From NCBI GenBank assembly GCA_964248365.1, contig CAXTYC010000040.1, positions 1 to 46,332 of the forward strand: 46,332 nt of DNA. Reading direction: 5' to 3'. A program made the position numbers and the translations under genes. Positions 1 to 10,064 of this stretch are shown one piece after another (within the stretch, counting starts at the first letter, position 1; each line of letters begins with the position of its first letter). Under the pieces are notes generated by a model, which was given only the letters and a program-made list of their open reading frames with translations, was not told where the DNA came from and searched no databases. This DNA comes from an uncultured Chroococcidiopsis sp. (GTDB taxonomy: Bacteria > Cyanobacteriota > Cyanobacteriia > Cyanobacteriales > Chroococcidiopsidaceae).

Positions 1-60
1 TTCGAACCCCCGACACCGTGGTCCGTAGCCACGTGCTCTAGTCCACTGAGCTACACGCCC
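1..60 (-). tRNA. tRNA-Arg(ACG), 3' end beyond window edge
   Basis: Reverse complement reads GGGCGTGTAGCTCAGTGGACTAGAGCA-CGTGG-CT-ACG-GA-CCACG-GTGTCGGGGGTTCGAA: D-arm, anticodon stem with ACG, T-loop GTTCGAA. Confidence 0.95.
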
Positions 61-94
61 TTGCCAGAGAAATATATTAACACAATTTGGATAA

Positions 95-592
95 ATGACA
101 CAAGAAGATCTCACTACTGCCACCCCTTTGACTCATCTGGATAGTCAGGGGCAAGCTCAAATGGTTGATGTGTCTGGCAAAGCCCCCACTTTTCGCAAAG
201 CAGTAGCAGCTGGAAGGGTGCGGATGGAACAAGCGACCTTTGCCGCGATTCAAGCCGGAAATATCCCCAAAGGGGATGTATTGGGAACCGCAAGGCTAGC
301 AGGAATTATGGCAGCCAAACAGACATCAGCGCTGATTCCCCTGTGTCATCCCTTACCTTTACAGAAAGTAGAAGTGCAAATCACACCCCTTCCTCAACTG
401 CCTGGTTATCAAATTACGGCATCAGTTAAAACTAAAGCAGAAACGGGCGTGGAAATGGAAGCACTTACAGCAGTTTCTGTTGCTGCCCTCACCTTGTATG
501 ATATGGCAAAAGCTTTGGAAAAGTCGATTCAGATTGAATCGATTCATTTGCTCAGTAAGACAGGCGGGAAGTCAGGAGACTATCAATCATAA
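95..592 (+). CDS. moaC: cyclic pyranopterin monophosphate synthase MoaC
   Basis: [34 protein letters not shown] and KTGGKSG motifs. Confidence 0.97.
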   Translation: MTQEDLTTATPLTHLDSQGQAQMVDVSGKAPTFRKAVAAGRVRMEQATFAAIQAGNIPKGDVLGTARLAGIMAAKQTSALIPLCHPLPLQKVEVQITPLPQLPGYQITASVKTKAETGVEMEALTAVSVAALTLYDMAKALEKSIQIESIHLLSKTGGKSGDYQS

Positions 593-634
593 TTCGTAAT
601 TGGTAAGTCGAAATTCGGAATTATTGTGACGTGG

Positions 635-789
635 GTAAAGGCGGGTTTTTAAGATATATCTATTAGAAAACAGACAATTAAAAAAACCTGCCCCTACAGA
701 TTAGACCTCTTGCACGAATATTTTGTAGGGGTGGGTTTAATTAAAATATCTGTTCTCAACACGAGTTTTTTGGTGAAGATCGCCCCTAC
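635..789. repeat. two GTAG-type REP/REPIN-like palindromes
   Basis: GTAAAGGCGGGTTTTT...AAAAACCTGCCCCTAC (635-697) and GTAGGGGTGGGTTT...CGCCCCTAC (725-789) between convergent genes. Related copies at 12795-12857, 17076-17100 and 19453-19480. Confidence 0.7.
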
Positions 790-794
790 AGATT

Positions 795-2459
795 TTAAGA
801 AACCGCAGCGGCTGTTTTAGACAGGTACTTGGAGACAATTTTCAGCACAGACTCAGGTTGAATAGGTTTTACCAGGCTGTCGGATATCCCCACCTCCTTA
901 GCACGGACTGGATCAATAGCGTTACCACTCAAAAGCACAATTCCAGTGGTGCGGAAATGAGAAATTTGGCGTAATTTAGCGCAAATTTCGTAACCATTCA
1001 TATTAGGCATGACTAGATCCAAAAAGATAAAATCTGGTTTACGACCCAACAGTGTGGAGATTGCCCGTAGTGGATCTTGTATTGCCACAAATTGATAGCC
1101 AGCTGCCGTTATAATTTGTTCCATAGTTTGACAAACTAATGGACTGTCATCAATACAGGCAATTAAAGATTTGCTAGGAGTAGCCTGTACTGGGGATGCT
1201 GGTGGGTCAGATGGTGCTGGCGCTGGTGCAGCAGAGTTATTGGGCTTGGGTAAATCGGGAATTTCTATCAACTCTACCATGCCAGCTTGAATGTAAGGTA
1301 GCAAAGACAAGGTGACATCTGTTGCTTGACGCTTCATTTGTATGGCTAGATCTCGCAGGGTACGTTGCCCGTCGAGTAGCATTGTCAGTTGTCGGTATAA
1401 TGCAGGCGAAGTTTTTTGCCCAAGCAACTCTGGATGCTTGATCGTGGGCGCTTTGTTAGGTAATAAGTTTGTAAGATTAGCAGTTAGCCAGCTTTGCCAT
1501 AGTTTTTGGGCTGCTGCAATTACTTGTTCAAATTCAATTAGTAGGAGTTGGAATGGTAGGGGATTTTCTGTCGCAGTTTGATACCTAATCTGCCCAGATT
1601 GTAGGATGTCAAATAACACTTCGGTAACAATTTCTTGAATCATCGGTGTTACTTGCTCTCGATTAATTTGTTGCTGCTTGAGCAATAATCCCAATAATAG
1701 ATATTCCCAAGCCTCTCTAGAAAAGAGTTCATCCGGCAAGTTTAACTGATTGACTTGAATTTGAGGACAATATGTGGCTAAATTTCTGGTCCAACGTCTA
1801 ACCGAGTTCGTGCCGCCAGTAGCGTACACAATTCGACCTTGGTACAGGTAAAATATCCATTCCTGCTCACAATGAGCTTTTACTAAAAATTTGCCCGTAA
1901 ACTGAGCCGACTTGAGAGATGCAAACTCCAACGCCAAAGTATTAGTGTTATGATGTTGAGCTTGGACATTATCAATAATAGTGTTTTGCTGATTACTATC
2001 ACTAATAGTGTTTTGACAAGTGTTTTGCTCAGAAGGGTTATGATTACTGCTGCGTGAAGCGAGTAATTGTTCTGCATAAGCGGCGATCGCTGCTTGTTTT
2101 TTAAGACGAGCTGCGATCGCTCCTAATAATTCAGCCTTAGTGAACGGTTTAGTTAGATAATCATCCGCGCCTCTTTCCATTGCTCGACGCATATCTGCTC
2201 TGTCAGCTAAAGCTGTAATAAAAATGAAAGGCATCAGTGCTGTAGCTGGCTGTTGACGCAATGAAGAAAGCACCTCATAACCATCAACTTCAGGCATCAC
2301 CACGTCACAAATAATCAAATCGGGTTTATGTTGACGCGCCCAATTAAGACCTACACGACCATTTTCTACTCCAATAGTGTCAAACCCCTCAGCCTTTAGC
2401 TGTTCTACAACATTATTTCTGACTAACTGCTCGTCTTCTATTACCAAAATCTTTGTCAT
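795..2459 (-). CDS. PatA-like response regulator with N-terminal REC, central PATAN/DUF4388-like domain and C-terminal REC
   Basis: N-terminal receiver (ILVIEDE, IICDVVMP, YLTKPF); central W.FYLYQGRIVYATGG..SVRRW.R; C-terminal receiver (IACIDDSP, IFLDLVMP, LVKPI). Confidence 0.85.
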   Translation of the reverse strand: MTKILVIEDEQLVRNNVVEQLKAEGFDTIGVENGRVGLNWARQHKPDLIICDVVMPEVDGYEVLSSLRQQPATALMPFIFITALADRADMRRAMERGADDYLTKPFTKAELLGAIAARLKKQAAIAAYAEQLLASRSSNHNPSEQNTCQNTISDSNQQNTIIDNVQAQHHNTNTLALEFASLKSAQFTGKFLVKAHCEQEWIFYLYQGRIVYATGGTNSVRRWTRNLATYCPQIQVNQLNLPDELFSREAWEYLLLGLLLKQQQINREQVTPMIQEIVTEVLFDILQSGQIRYQTATENPLPFQLLLIEFEQVIAAAQKLWQSWLTANLTNLLPNKAPTIKHPELLGQKTSPALYRQLTMLLDGQRTLRDLAIQMKRQATDVTLSLLPYIQAGMVELIEIPDLPKPNNSAAPAPAPSDPPASPVQATPSKSLIACIDDSPLVCQTMEQIITAAGYQFVAIQDPLRAISTLLGRKPDFIFLDLVMPNMNGYEICAKLRQISHFRTTGIVLLSGNAIDPVRAKEVGISDSLVKPIQPESVLKIVSKYLSKTAAAVS

Positions 2460-2964
2460 TTAGCTATACCTACCTGCATAACGGTTAAAGAAACAATAGG
2501 AACACAACACCTGTAAAAACTGCTGTTCGCAACTGCAAGCACAACACTCGTAAATTTCGTCCCCTGGGATTATAAATAGAACCACATAACTGACTACCCC
2601 CATCGACAATCGCAACTACTTCTCTTAATTAGTTTGCCCATTTCTGCCGACAGGCTTATAGAATTTTGGAGCCATAGATTTTAGATTTTGGTCGCGCAAT
2701 AGACTTGGACACCCCCCCCGACCCCACGTAAAGTGTCCGCGCAAAGCCGCTAAGAGGAAAAGGAGACCCACGACCCACGACAGGAGAAAGAATAGTTAAT
2801 TCTTCGTCCCCCCCTGCTCCCCAAGCCTTCCCCTGCTCCCCCTGCTTTCACGCGCTGGGCTAGCCCCTAAAAAGTGCCATTAGAATCGAGAAAAATGTAG
2901 AATGAGGCAGAAAGATCCGCTTATAATCCTTGTAAACATTAATAAGTAACAAATATTACTATCT

Positions 2965-3243
2965 ATGCCTCCCCGTTGGCCTCGTAAACCAGACCGTCGT
3001 GATCCTGCCTACCGCCGCTTAGACGACCGGATGAATTTTGCTATGCACGTTGCTATATTTGCCGTATGTAATTCGGGTTTGTGGTTTTTCCACAACTTAA
3101 AGTCTATTGACTGGCAGTGGTTGCCTTGGTTAACTAGCAGTTGGGTAGTGGTACTGCTGCTACATCTAATTTATATATCTGCGATCGCCGACTATTCCCA
3201 ACCAACACCAGCAGATACGCCCCCCAAATCTACCATTAGCTAG
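2965..3243 (+). CDS. 2TM-domain conserved cyanobacterial membrane protein
   Basis: MPPRWPRKPDR.DPAYRRLDDRMNFA N-terminus and two hydrophobic segments. Confidence 0.85.
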   Translation: MPPRWPRKPDRRDPAYRRLDDRMNFAMHVAIFAVCNSGLWFFHNLKSIDWQWLPWLTSSWVVVLLLHLIYISAIADYSQPTPADTPPKSTIS

Positions 3244-3351
3244 ACTAAGACTAGCTCGGTGTTAGAACTTCGGACAGTGGAATTATTCAATCAGTTGAGC
3301 GAAGGTTTCTGTGTAGATTGATTGTTTATCACTGCAAAAGAGTTAATTCTC

Positions 3352-3660
3352 ATGGCTAGACAGAATACTACAGAAATTCTTGAAGCGATCGCCTCGGAAA
3401 TTGGCGAAAGCGTCTACATGGATATTGCTAAGTGGCATCTTTACCTATCCGATGCCCACTTACACACGGTTGTTGCCGAGCAAGTGTATCCAATTTTGAC
3501 GAGCCAATCCCTAGACGAAGACAAAGTTTTACAAGTCTTGCAAAAGATTCCAGTTAAAATCGGTGGCGGTAGAAGAGAAATTCCTTTAATCGATTTTCTA
3601 CCCGTGCAATGTCAAGTTAACTTGATGGACATTCTGGAGAAATATCAGCGTGAACTATAG
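3352..3660 (+). CDS. DUF3181-family conserved cyanobacterial protein
   Basis: IG..VY.DIAKWHLYL.DAHL and V.IGGG..E.PL motifs; ATG at 3352 preferred to TTG at 3322. Confidence 0.8.
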   Translation: MARQNTTEILEAIASEIGESVYMDIAKWHLYLSDAHLHTVVAEQVYPILTSQSLDEDKVLQVLQKIPVKIGGGRREIPLIDFLPVQCQVNLMDILEKYQREL

Positions 3661-3737
3661 CCCTGATGTAAATATTGATTAAAAGTTTGCCTAATTGAGC
3701 AATATCAGCTTAAATCTTGCATCAGGATTACTGTTAG

Positions 3738-3849
3738 CCAAGAAACCCAGTTCTTGGCTAATAGTTAAAACTTGTTCAAACAGGTTAAAAACGTCTGTTA
3801 CTAAGCTAAGGTATACTTAAGCTTTTAGCCCGAAATTTATTCCAGGGCG
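3738..3849. repeat. compound palindromic MITE/REP-like element, degenerate copy
   Basis: Terminal hairpins and internal symmetric arms with the same layout as 13239-13359. Confidence 0.5.
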
Positions 3850-3883
3850 AAAAGTGCCTGTCGGATCAAGCAAAGTTTTTTAG

Positions 3884-4441
3884 TTATTCATTGGCGGTAA
3901 TATCGTCCTCTACATCGCCTAGCGTCCAACCATCGGCTAGCCTGCGAGTATAGTCTTTAATAGTGCTGCGACTAGCGTTGTTACCTGTGATGTCACGATA
4001 AATATCTTTAACCACATCTCTAGCTTCACCACTAGCGGCGATTTTAGCGCGGATATCTCGTAGCGAATCACCTTTTTCTAACCGTCTAGTGTAGGTGCGC
4101 TCTTCATCACGATTAGCCCTTCGCCCCAAAACTTCTTGATAAATCTGGTCAATATCATCGTAGTAATAATCATCTGCGCTACGACGACCGTTGCGATCGC
4201 CACGATTAACCCTAATCTCGACTCTTTGATCGATATCATCGCGGCGATCTATATTATCATTATCACGTTGGCGATCGCCTCTATCCCACTGCCAATCGTA
4301 TCTATCTCCATCGGACGAGCGCTCAATTGTTTGTTGCTCATTAGACTGACGCACTACATCTGCTTGAACTTGACTTGCCAAGCTGATAGAAATCAGTAGT
4401 GCTGTTGACAAAATTCTAAATTTCATCTTCTTTCCCTCCAA
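3884..4441 (-). CDS. secreted hypothetical protein with D/R-rich linker and two helical I..IY....G repeats (DUF4214/PBS-linker-like)
   Basis: Signal peptide MKFRILSTALLISISLASQVQA; repeats IDQIYQEVLGR..YTRRLEKG.SL.DI and VKDIYRDITGN..YTRRLADG.TL.DV. Confidence 0.7.
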   Translation of the reverse strand: MEGKKMKFRILSTALLISISLASQVQADVVRQSNEQQTIERSSDGDRYDWQWDRGDRQRDNDNIDRRDDIDQRVEIRVNRGDRNGRRSADDYYYDDIDQIYQEVLGRRANRDEERTYTRRLEKGDSLRDIRAKIAASGEARDVVKDIYRDITGNNASRSTIKDYTRRLADGWTLGDVEDDITANE

Positions 4442-4669
4442 GAGGTAAAAGCCAGTTATCGGTTAAGTAAATAGTTTTTAAGAATCAATCAGCACTACCA
4501 ATGTTCCCCAGCGACAATAGGGGCAGGGGAGCAGGGGGGCAGGGGGGACTCGGAGTCCCCAGTTCCAAAGGAACTGGGGATAGGGGGGCTTCGGGGTCAC
4601 TCGCGTAGTGGGGTTGGGGGGAAGAGGGGGGCGCAAGGAGCTTCAGGGGAGTTCTATGAACTACTCCGC

Positions 4670-5650
4670 CTATGCTGGCGGCATAGACGAATCTCGTTTC
4701 TTCGCCCAAGCTTGCTTCCATCCGCCAGTGGCAACACAAGTAGAGGCTTGGACTCCACGAACATTGACCTGGCTAGTTCCTAACCCAGAAAGGTAATTGA
4801 GACAAATCGTCGCGGTGGCAATATCACGTCCAATAGTGTAGGAGCATTTTTCGCAGCAATGTATGCGCTCTGACAATTCTTTATTTCGCTGATGATTACA
4901 GGCAGGGCAAGTCTGACTGGGTTTGATTTTTTTAGTTGGAACCCAGATTAAGAATCCTCCTGCTTCCTGAAGTTTATAATCAACAATTGTGAGGAATTTC
5001 CCCATACTAACGTCAATAATTGAGCGGTTAAGCCCTGCTTTTTGACGTTTTCTCTTACTCTTTTTAGCCTGGCCAGTCATGCCTTTGATATTTAATTCCT
5101 CAGTGGCAACCAGACTATAACCGTCTACAATATGTGCTGCCATCTTATGCGACCAATCTTTTCTTTGCTTGGCTACCTTGCGCTGTAGTTTAGACACTCT
5201 GACTCTATTTTTTAGCCAACGCCCTGATGCTTTGATTTTCTTTTTCTTATTGGGTGCGCGTTTTCTCCCTAGTTGTTTTGATGCTGTCTTTATTTTCTTT
5301 AGAGTCTTTCCTAAAAATCTAGGATTAACTATTTCCGTTGCTTTTTCACTATCCCAAAGCGTGATAGCACTCTCGCAACCTAAATCCATGCCTACAGCAC
5401 CAGTATTAGTAAAACGGCGCTCTGGAGTACAAATCACTCTAGAGGAATATTGCCGGCATCGGCTCCTTTGGGGTAAACAATTTTGCTGCTCTAAATATGA
5501 AACCGAATGCTTATAGTGTTTCCATTGTGTTTTCCTATTTGCTATGGCGGCAAGATATAGAGTCGCGTGTAACCGTCGCCAATCGTGAAGATTTTCTTCC
5601 TATTGACTGGTTGGGTAAAGCCTAAAATTGACGCGACCGATTATACTCAT
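4670..5650 (-). pseudogene. tnpB: TnpB RNA-guided nuclease with premature stop and apparent internal deletion
   Basis: ATG 5650 MSIIGRVNFRLYPTSQ* (TAG at codon 17); frame continues to EQQNCLP and joins the C-terminal half with GMDLG, ATEELN, CPAC/CEKC zinc finger and RD motifs. Confidence 0.88.
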
Positions 5651-5670
5651 AACCTAAATACTGCAATATA

Positions 5671-6107
5671 GTGTACAGCGGGTCAAATCACTTACATTCT
5701 CATAGGTATTGCGTTTACAGGATAACATTACATATAGTGTTTGTGAGGAAGTCCCGTAAAAAAGTCATAACCGCCCAAATTCTTGAGCGGCTTCGGGAAA
5801 TATTTTCTAGGTTGTGTCAAAACCAAAAAAGTGAGTTATTGGAATTTAGTGGCAAAAAGGATCATGTCCATCTACAAGTAGATATTTCGCCTGATGTTCC
5901 GCCATCAAAGCTAGTCAATACCCTCAAAACTATTTCTAGTCGGATGATTAGGAAAGAATTTGCCAACCACATTAATAAGTTTTATTGGAAACGTGTATTT
6001 TGGACGGGAGTGTACTGTGTGATTACGGCACGGTAGTGCGCCCCTAGAAGTTCTTAAAACTTACATCCGCCAATCAGAATGAACCTGTCGATCCTGTTTG
6101 CCGCTAA
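5671..6107 (+). pseudogene. tnpA: IS200-type Y1 transposase TnpA, frameshifted before the catalytic Tyr
   Basis: HUH motif DHVHL, LKTISSR, FW..VY; frameshift near 6031 puts APLEVLKTYIR in another frame. Confidence 0.88.
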
Positions 6108-6180
6108 CCCCGCCCATGATTACATGGGCGAGGAATGCGCGGCGGTTGATTGTTCAAAAGATCGAAAACATTCCACGCTT

Positions 6181-7184
6181 GCACAACAGATAACTCACAA
6201 AAGCCGAGGGTTTTCTTATCGCCAATGCGTGTACCGTTAAACTAGATACGACTCGCCGCATAATCCGTACGACCTGGAATATGGCGGAAAAAAATGGGAA
6301 ACCGATGTAACTAGGACGGCTCTTACTGGACTTGCCCCCGTCACAATACACAGCCCCCTTTTATACTTTAAGGGCAAGACAAAAAGCCTGTCCATTTTTT
6401 CAGCCCCAGCTCCCACACACAAAAGAGCCATTTTTTTCAGACGAGGTACTTAATTGAATTTAGGAGGCATCTGTTAAAGATCCTTCACTAAACTTCATAA
6501 TAACTGTTAGTTGGTCTTGCATCTCAATCCTACTGCCCTTAGCTATACCTTTGGCATGAAAAGATTTTGCGTCTGTTGAGGTAAAAAACTCTAGATAAAG
6601 ACCTTTTTTACCAGGAAAAGACGACATAAAAAATAAAGATAGCCGCGCTCGTTTAGGGTTATTTGTTGGTATTATGGGGGATCTGTGTTGAAGGCGCGGG
6701 AGGTAGTTCCTGAAAAATATTGTCAGCCCTCTTCTCGTTTTCTGTTGTGCGACGTTAAGTTGTTTGTTGGATTTAAGGGTGCCTCCTGCGAAGAGAAAAA
6801 AAGGGAAGGCTCTTTTGAGTGATTTGTTGTGCCGCGTAGGTTATCTATATAGTTTAAGCGCAACCTTTAATTCCTGCGCCTCACCTCGCGGCTGACAATA
6901 TTTTTTTGTCGCCATGTTCCAAGTCTTTATTTTTTACGCGCCTCCATCGGATTCCCAGGAGCCATCCGACATAAAAAAATAAGACAGCCTTCAACGGGAG
7001 GTTATTTGTCGGGGAGTCTTCTGCCAAAAATTGAGCCTGGCTTCATCAGTAATCTAGCTCGGCACAACAGACAATCTTTTGGGTTTAAAGCCAGCCTCAA
7101 TTTTTTAGGGCAACATTCCAAGGAGCCCTTGAGATCTTAATACAAGGCTGTCTTATTTTTTTAACGTATGTCGTGTTCCCAGGA
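6181..7184. repeat. array A of nested variable-stem hairpin modules
   Basis: IR pairs 6627-6639/6924-6936 (13 bp), 6713-6728/6890-6905 (16 bp), 6972-6991/7144-7163 (20 bp), 7026-7043/7088-7105 (17/18); recurrent GTTATYTGTTG-like motif; homologous to 43.75-44.36 kb. Confidence 0.85.
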
Positions 7185-7802
7185 TATGCCCTTTTGAGCG
7201 CAAATCCGCTTTTCATCAAAAATTGCTTTCTAAAATCCTTCTTTTTGAGCTATAGCAATTTTGAGATGAAAATACAAGATACTATGCAAGCTGACTTAAA
7301 AGACTATCTCCCGAATCTCATCACGTCGGTGGTGCTATTTATGCTCGCGTTGATGAGCGTTGCTCATCATTCCAGCTTTTAGTTTGCGCCTTCCATTGCC
7401 AAGCATAATCAGCTTTTAACCCAAGAAATCGGTATGAGTGCGTTTCTTTTGTTTACCATTTTTAGCCCGCTCTAAATTTACAGATCCTAGTAAAATGCGA
7501 TCGCTTCCCCGAAATAGATAAGCCTGAAACCCAGTGTACCAAAATGTTGACTTACCTTTTTTCACTTGCCTTGGGCGATCGCCATTGCTTTTGTTCAAAT
7601 TCTCCGCTTACCCCTGCACCCTTTTGTTCCGCTTTGCTTTGATTTGACATCTTTTATATAGCAATCCTATTTGAGTCATGAAATACGAGAGCAAAGTCGT
7701 CATTTGTCAATAGTCATTTGTCATTGGTGTTAAAAACTCGTACACTCGTACTATTGACGCGGGAACAGCCAAAATAATTGTTCATTGTTCATTGTTCATT
7801 GT

Positions 7803-8501
7803 TCATTGCTCCCCTTTTCCCACTCTCCCATCTCTAAAAAGATCAGGGCGGCGATCGCGTGTGCGTTGAATTTGTTGCTCATAGCGCCATTGGGCGATCG
7901 CTTGATGATTTCCCGACAGCAGCACTTGGGGTACTTTCCACTGGCGAAACTGCGCCGGACGAGTATACTGAGGATAGTCCAACAGTCCCGCCTCGAAACT
8001 TTCAGCTTTCAAAGACTCAACTTTGCCTACGGTTCCAGGTAACAGGCGCACTACTCCATTAATTAGCGCTAAGGCGGGAATTTCTCCCCCAGTTAGCACG
8101 AAATCCCCCAAGGAAATCTCCCGCGTGACTAAATGCAGTACGCGCTCATCTACACCTTCGTAATGACCACAAATTACGACTAATTGGTCATAATTGGTTG
8201 CCAATTCTCGTAACAGTGGCTGATTCATCGTTTGACCTTGAGGAGTCATTAAAATTACCTCTTGCCGAGGTAAAATCGGCAATGACTCGACGGCAGCAAA
8301 AATTGGTTCTGGCTTCATCAGCATCCCCACACCACCGCCGTAAGGTTCGTCATCAACCTTATGATGCTTATCTTCTGTGTAGTCACGCGGGTTAACTAGA
8401 TTTACCTGGGCAATCTGTTTTGCTAAGGCTTTTCCTAGCAATCCTGAACTTAGGGTAGAAGTAAAAAAGTCGGGAAATAGGGTAATTATATCAAATCGCA
8501 C
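7803..8501 (-). CDS. trmD: tRNA (guanine-N1)-methyltransferase
   Basis: VDDEPYGGGVGM, CGHYEGVDERV, SLGDFVLTGGE, YPQYTRP, LLSGNH. Confidence 0.98.
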   Translation of the reverse strand: MRFDIITLFPDFFTSTLSSGLLGKALAKQIAQVNLVNPRDYTEDKHHKVDDEPYGGGVGMLMKPEPIFAAVESLPILPRQEVILMTPQGQTMNQPLLRELATNYDQLVVICGHYEGVDERVLHLVTREISLGDFVLTGGEIPALALINGVVRLLPGTVGKVESLKAESFEAGLLDYPQYTRPAQFRQWKVPQVLLSGNHQAIAQWRYEQQIQRTRDRRPDLFRDGRVGKGEQ

Positions 8502-8932
8502 AGAAATTTATGATGAATAAGACTAACTTGGATGAAAGCAACTAGCAATGATGGTAATTAGTCATGGGTGTTGAACGTGAGACGCGCAGCAGCAGAAACA
8601 GACGCGCGATCGCATCTTCTGGACAGACTTGTTAAAAATATAACTGGGGTAGTTTGCGCGAATCGATACATTTAAGCTACAAAATTTCTGAATGTAGAGG
8701 TAGCACAAAGTGATACTTATTATTTAAATTATGTTTAAATATTTTCACACCTGCGAATCATTTATACTCTAAAGTTAAAAACTTCAAGGGCTATGGCATC
8801 AGCGGGGCGACGAATGCTGTTTAGGATGGCTTTTATCGTTTCAGACGCGGTAATGACCAAACCGCTGGAAAGAGTTGGTGTGAGGCGCAAGGTTGGGTTG
8901 AAGGACTTGAGGCTGAGGAGAGAATAAACACA

Positions 8933-9817
8933 ATGCTGCAATTAGAAGCTGAATCGCTAAAAATGAGAACTCCCCAAGCCACAAAAACTGCTGTGCTAAT
9001 AATTGGTGGTGCAGAAGATAAGGTTCATGGACGTGAAATCCTGCATACTTTTTTTGGTCGTGCTGGATCGGGCGATGCTCACATAGCTATTATTCCCTCT
9101 GCCTCTCGTGAGCCAACCATTATTGGCGCTCGTTATTTTAACATCTTTGAAGAAATGGGGGCAAAAAAGATTCAAATATTGGATATCAGAGAACGGCAAC
9201 AGTGTGATGAATCAGAAATTCAAGCGTGTTTATCCGCCTGTACGGGAGTATTTTTAACAGGTGGGGATCAACTGCGGCTATGTGGTGTATTAGCTGATAC
9301 ACCAGCAATGGAAATTATTCGGCAGCGGGTGAGCCGCCAAGAGCTAACGCTAGCAGGTACAAGTGCGGGGGCGGCAGTGATGGGGCATCATATGATCGCA
9401 GGCGGAGGTAGCGGCGAGTCTCCGAATCGGGCGCTAGTGGATATGGCAGTAGGGTTGGGGATTTTCTCCAATGTAATTGTGGATCAACACTTTCACAATC
9501 GCAATCGCATGGGACGGTTAATTAGTGCGATCGCCAGCCATCCAGATCGCTTAGGCATGGGGATTGATGAAGATACCTGCGCTTTGGTCGAAGGAGATGG
9601 GACATTGCAAGTGATGGGTAAAGGTACTGTCACTATAGTTGATCCTGGTGAAGTCTCTTACACTAATCATGCTGATGTCGCCGCCAATGAACCACTGAGC
9701 ATTCATAATCTACGAGTTCATGTCCTGGGCTGGGGGGATCGCTATCACCTGCATGAGCGTAGAATCTTGGCTCCCCAACAGACGCTACCCCACTTAGACT
9801 TCGATGGGAGCAAATAA
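8933..9817 (+). CDS. cphB: cyanophycinase
   Basis: IIGGAEDK, FLTGGDQ, GTSAGA nucleophile, VDQHFHNRNRMGRL, GIDEDT; directly upstream of cphA. Confidence 0.97.
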   Translation: MLQLEAESLKMRTPQATKTAVLIIGGAEDKVHGREILHTFFGRAGSGDAHIAIIPSASREPTIIGARYFNIFEEMGAKKIQILDIRERQQCDESEIQACLSACTGVFLTGGDQLRLCGVLADTPAMEIIRQRVSRQELTLAGTSAGAAVMGHHMIAGGGSGESPNRALVDMAVGLGIFSNVIVDQHFHNRNRMGRLISAIASHPDRLGMGIDEDTCALVEGDGTLQVMGKGTVTIVDPGEVSYTNHADVAANEPLSIHNLRVHVLGWGDRYHLHERRILAPQQTLPHLDFDGSK

Positions 9818-10064
9818 ATTTCTCGTCAGGGCAGCAGGGGGAGCAGGGATCGCTGTGGGGAGCAGGGGGGCAGAGGAGCAATTCTAGCCACTGGTTCCAC
9901 TGGTTCCACTAGTTCTACTTTCCTTTACCCTTTACCCTTTGGTTAGCTAAGAGTTGTTATGTTTTAACAAAAAGAAAAAACTGTTCATACAGAACAGTTT
10001 ATGCAGACGTTTTGGCTAGAAACTAGTAAACTGGTTCCGAATCTCCATCCCTTTGCTTCTTCCC

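Larger units (their letters stand above)
4657..6152 (-). mobile_element. IS200/IS605-family element with divergent tnpA/tnpB, decayed
   Basis: Left-end hairpin CGCCCATG-ATTA-CATGGGCG near 6111-6130; on the minus strand TTGAA (6153-6157) precedes the left end; right end ...GGCGGAGTAGTTCAT ends at 4657 with a subterminal hairpin. Confidence 0.85.

Noticed and set aside
6181..7184. CRISPR array interpretation of arrays A and B
   Set aside because: No identical direct repeats with regular unique spacers; repeats are inverted, nested and variable, and no cas genes are present.
8520..8930. NtcA site upstream of cphB
   Set aside because: No GTA-N8-TAC match found by eye, so not reported despite expectation.
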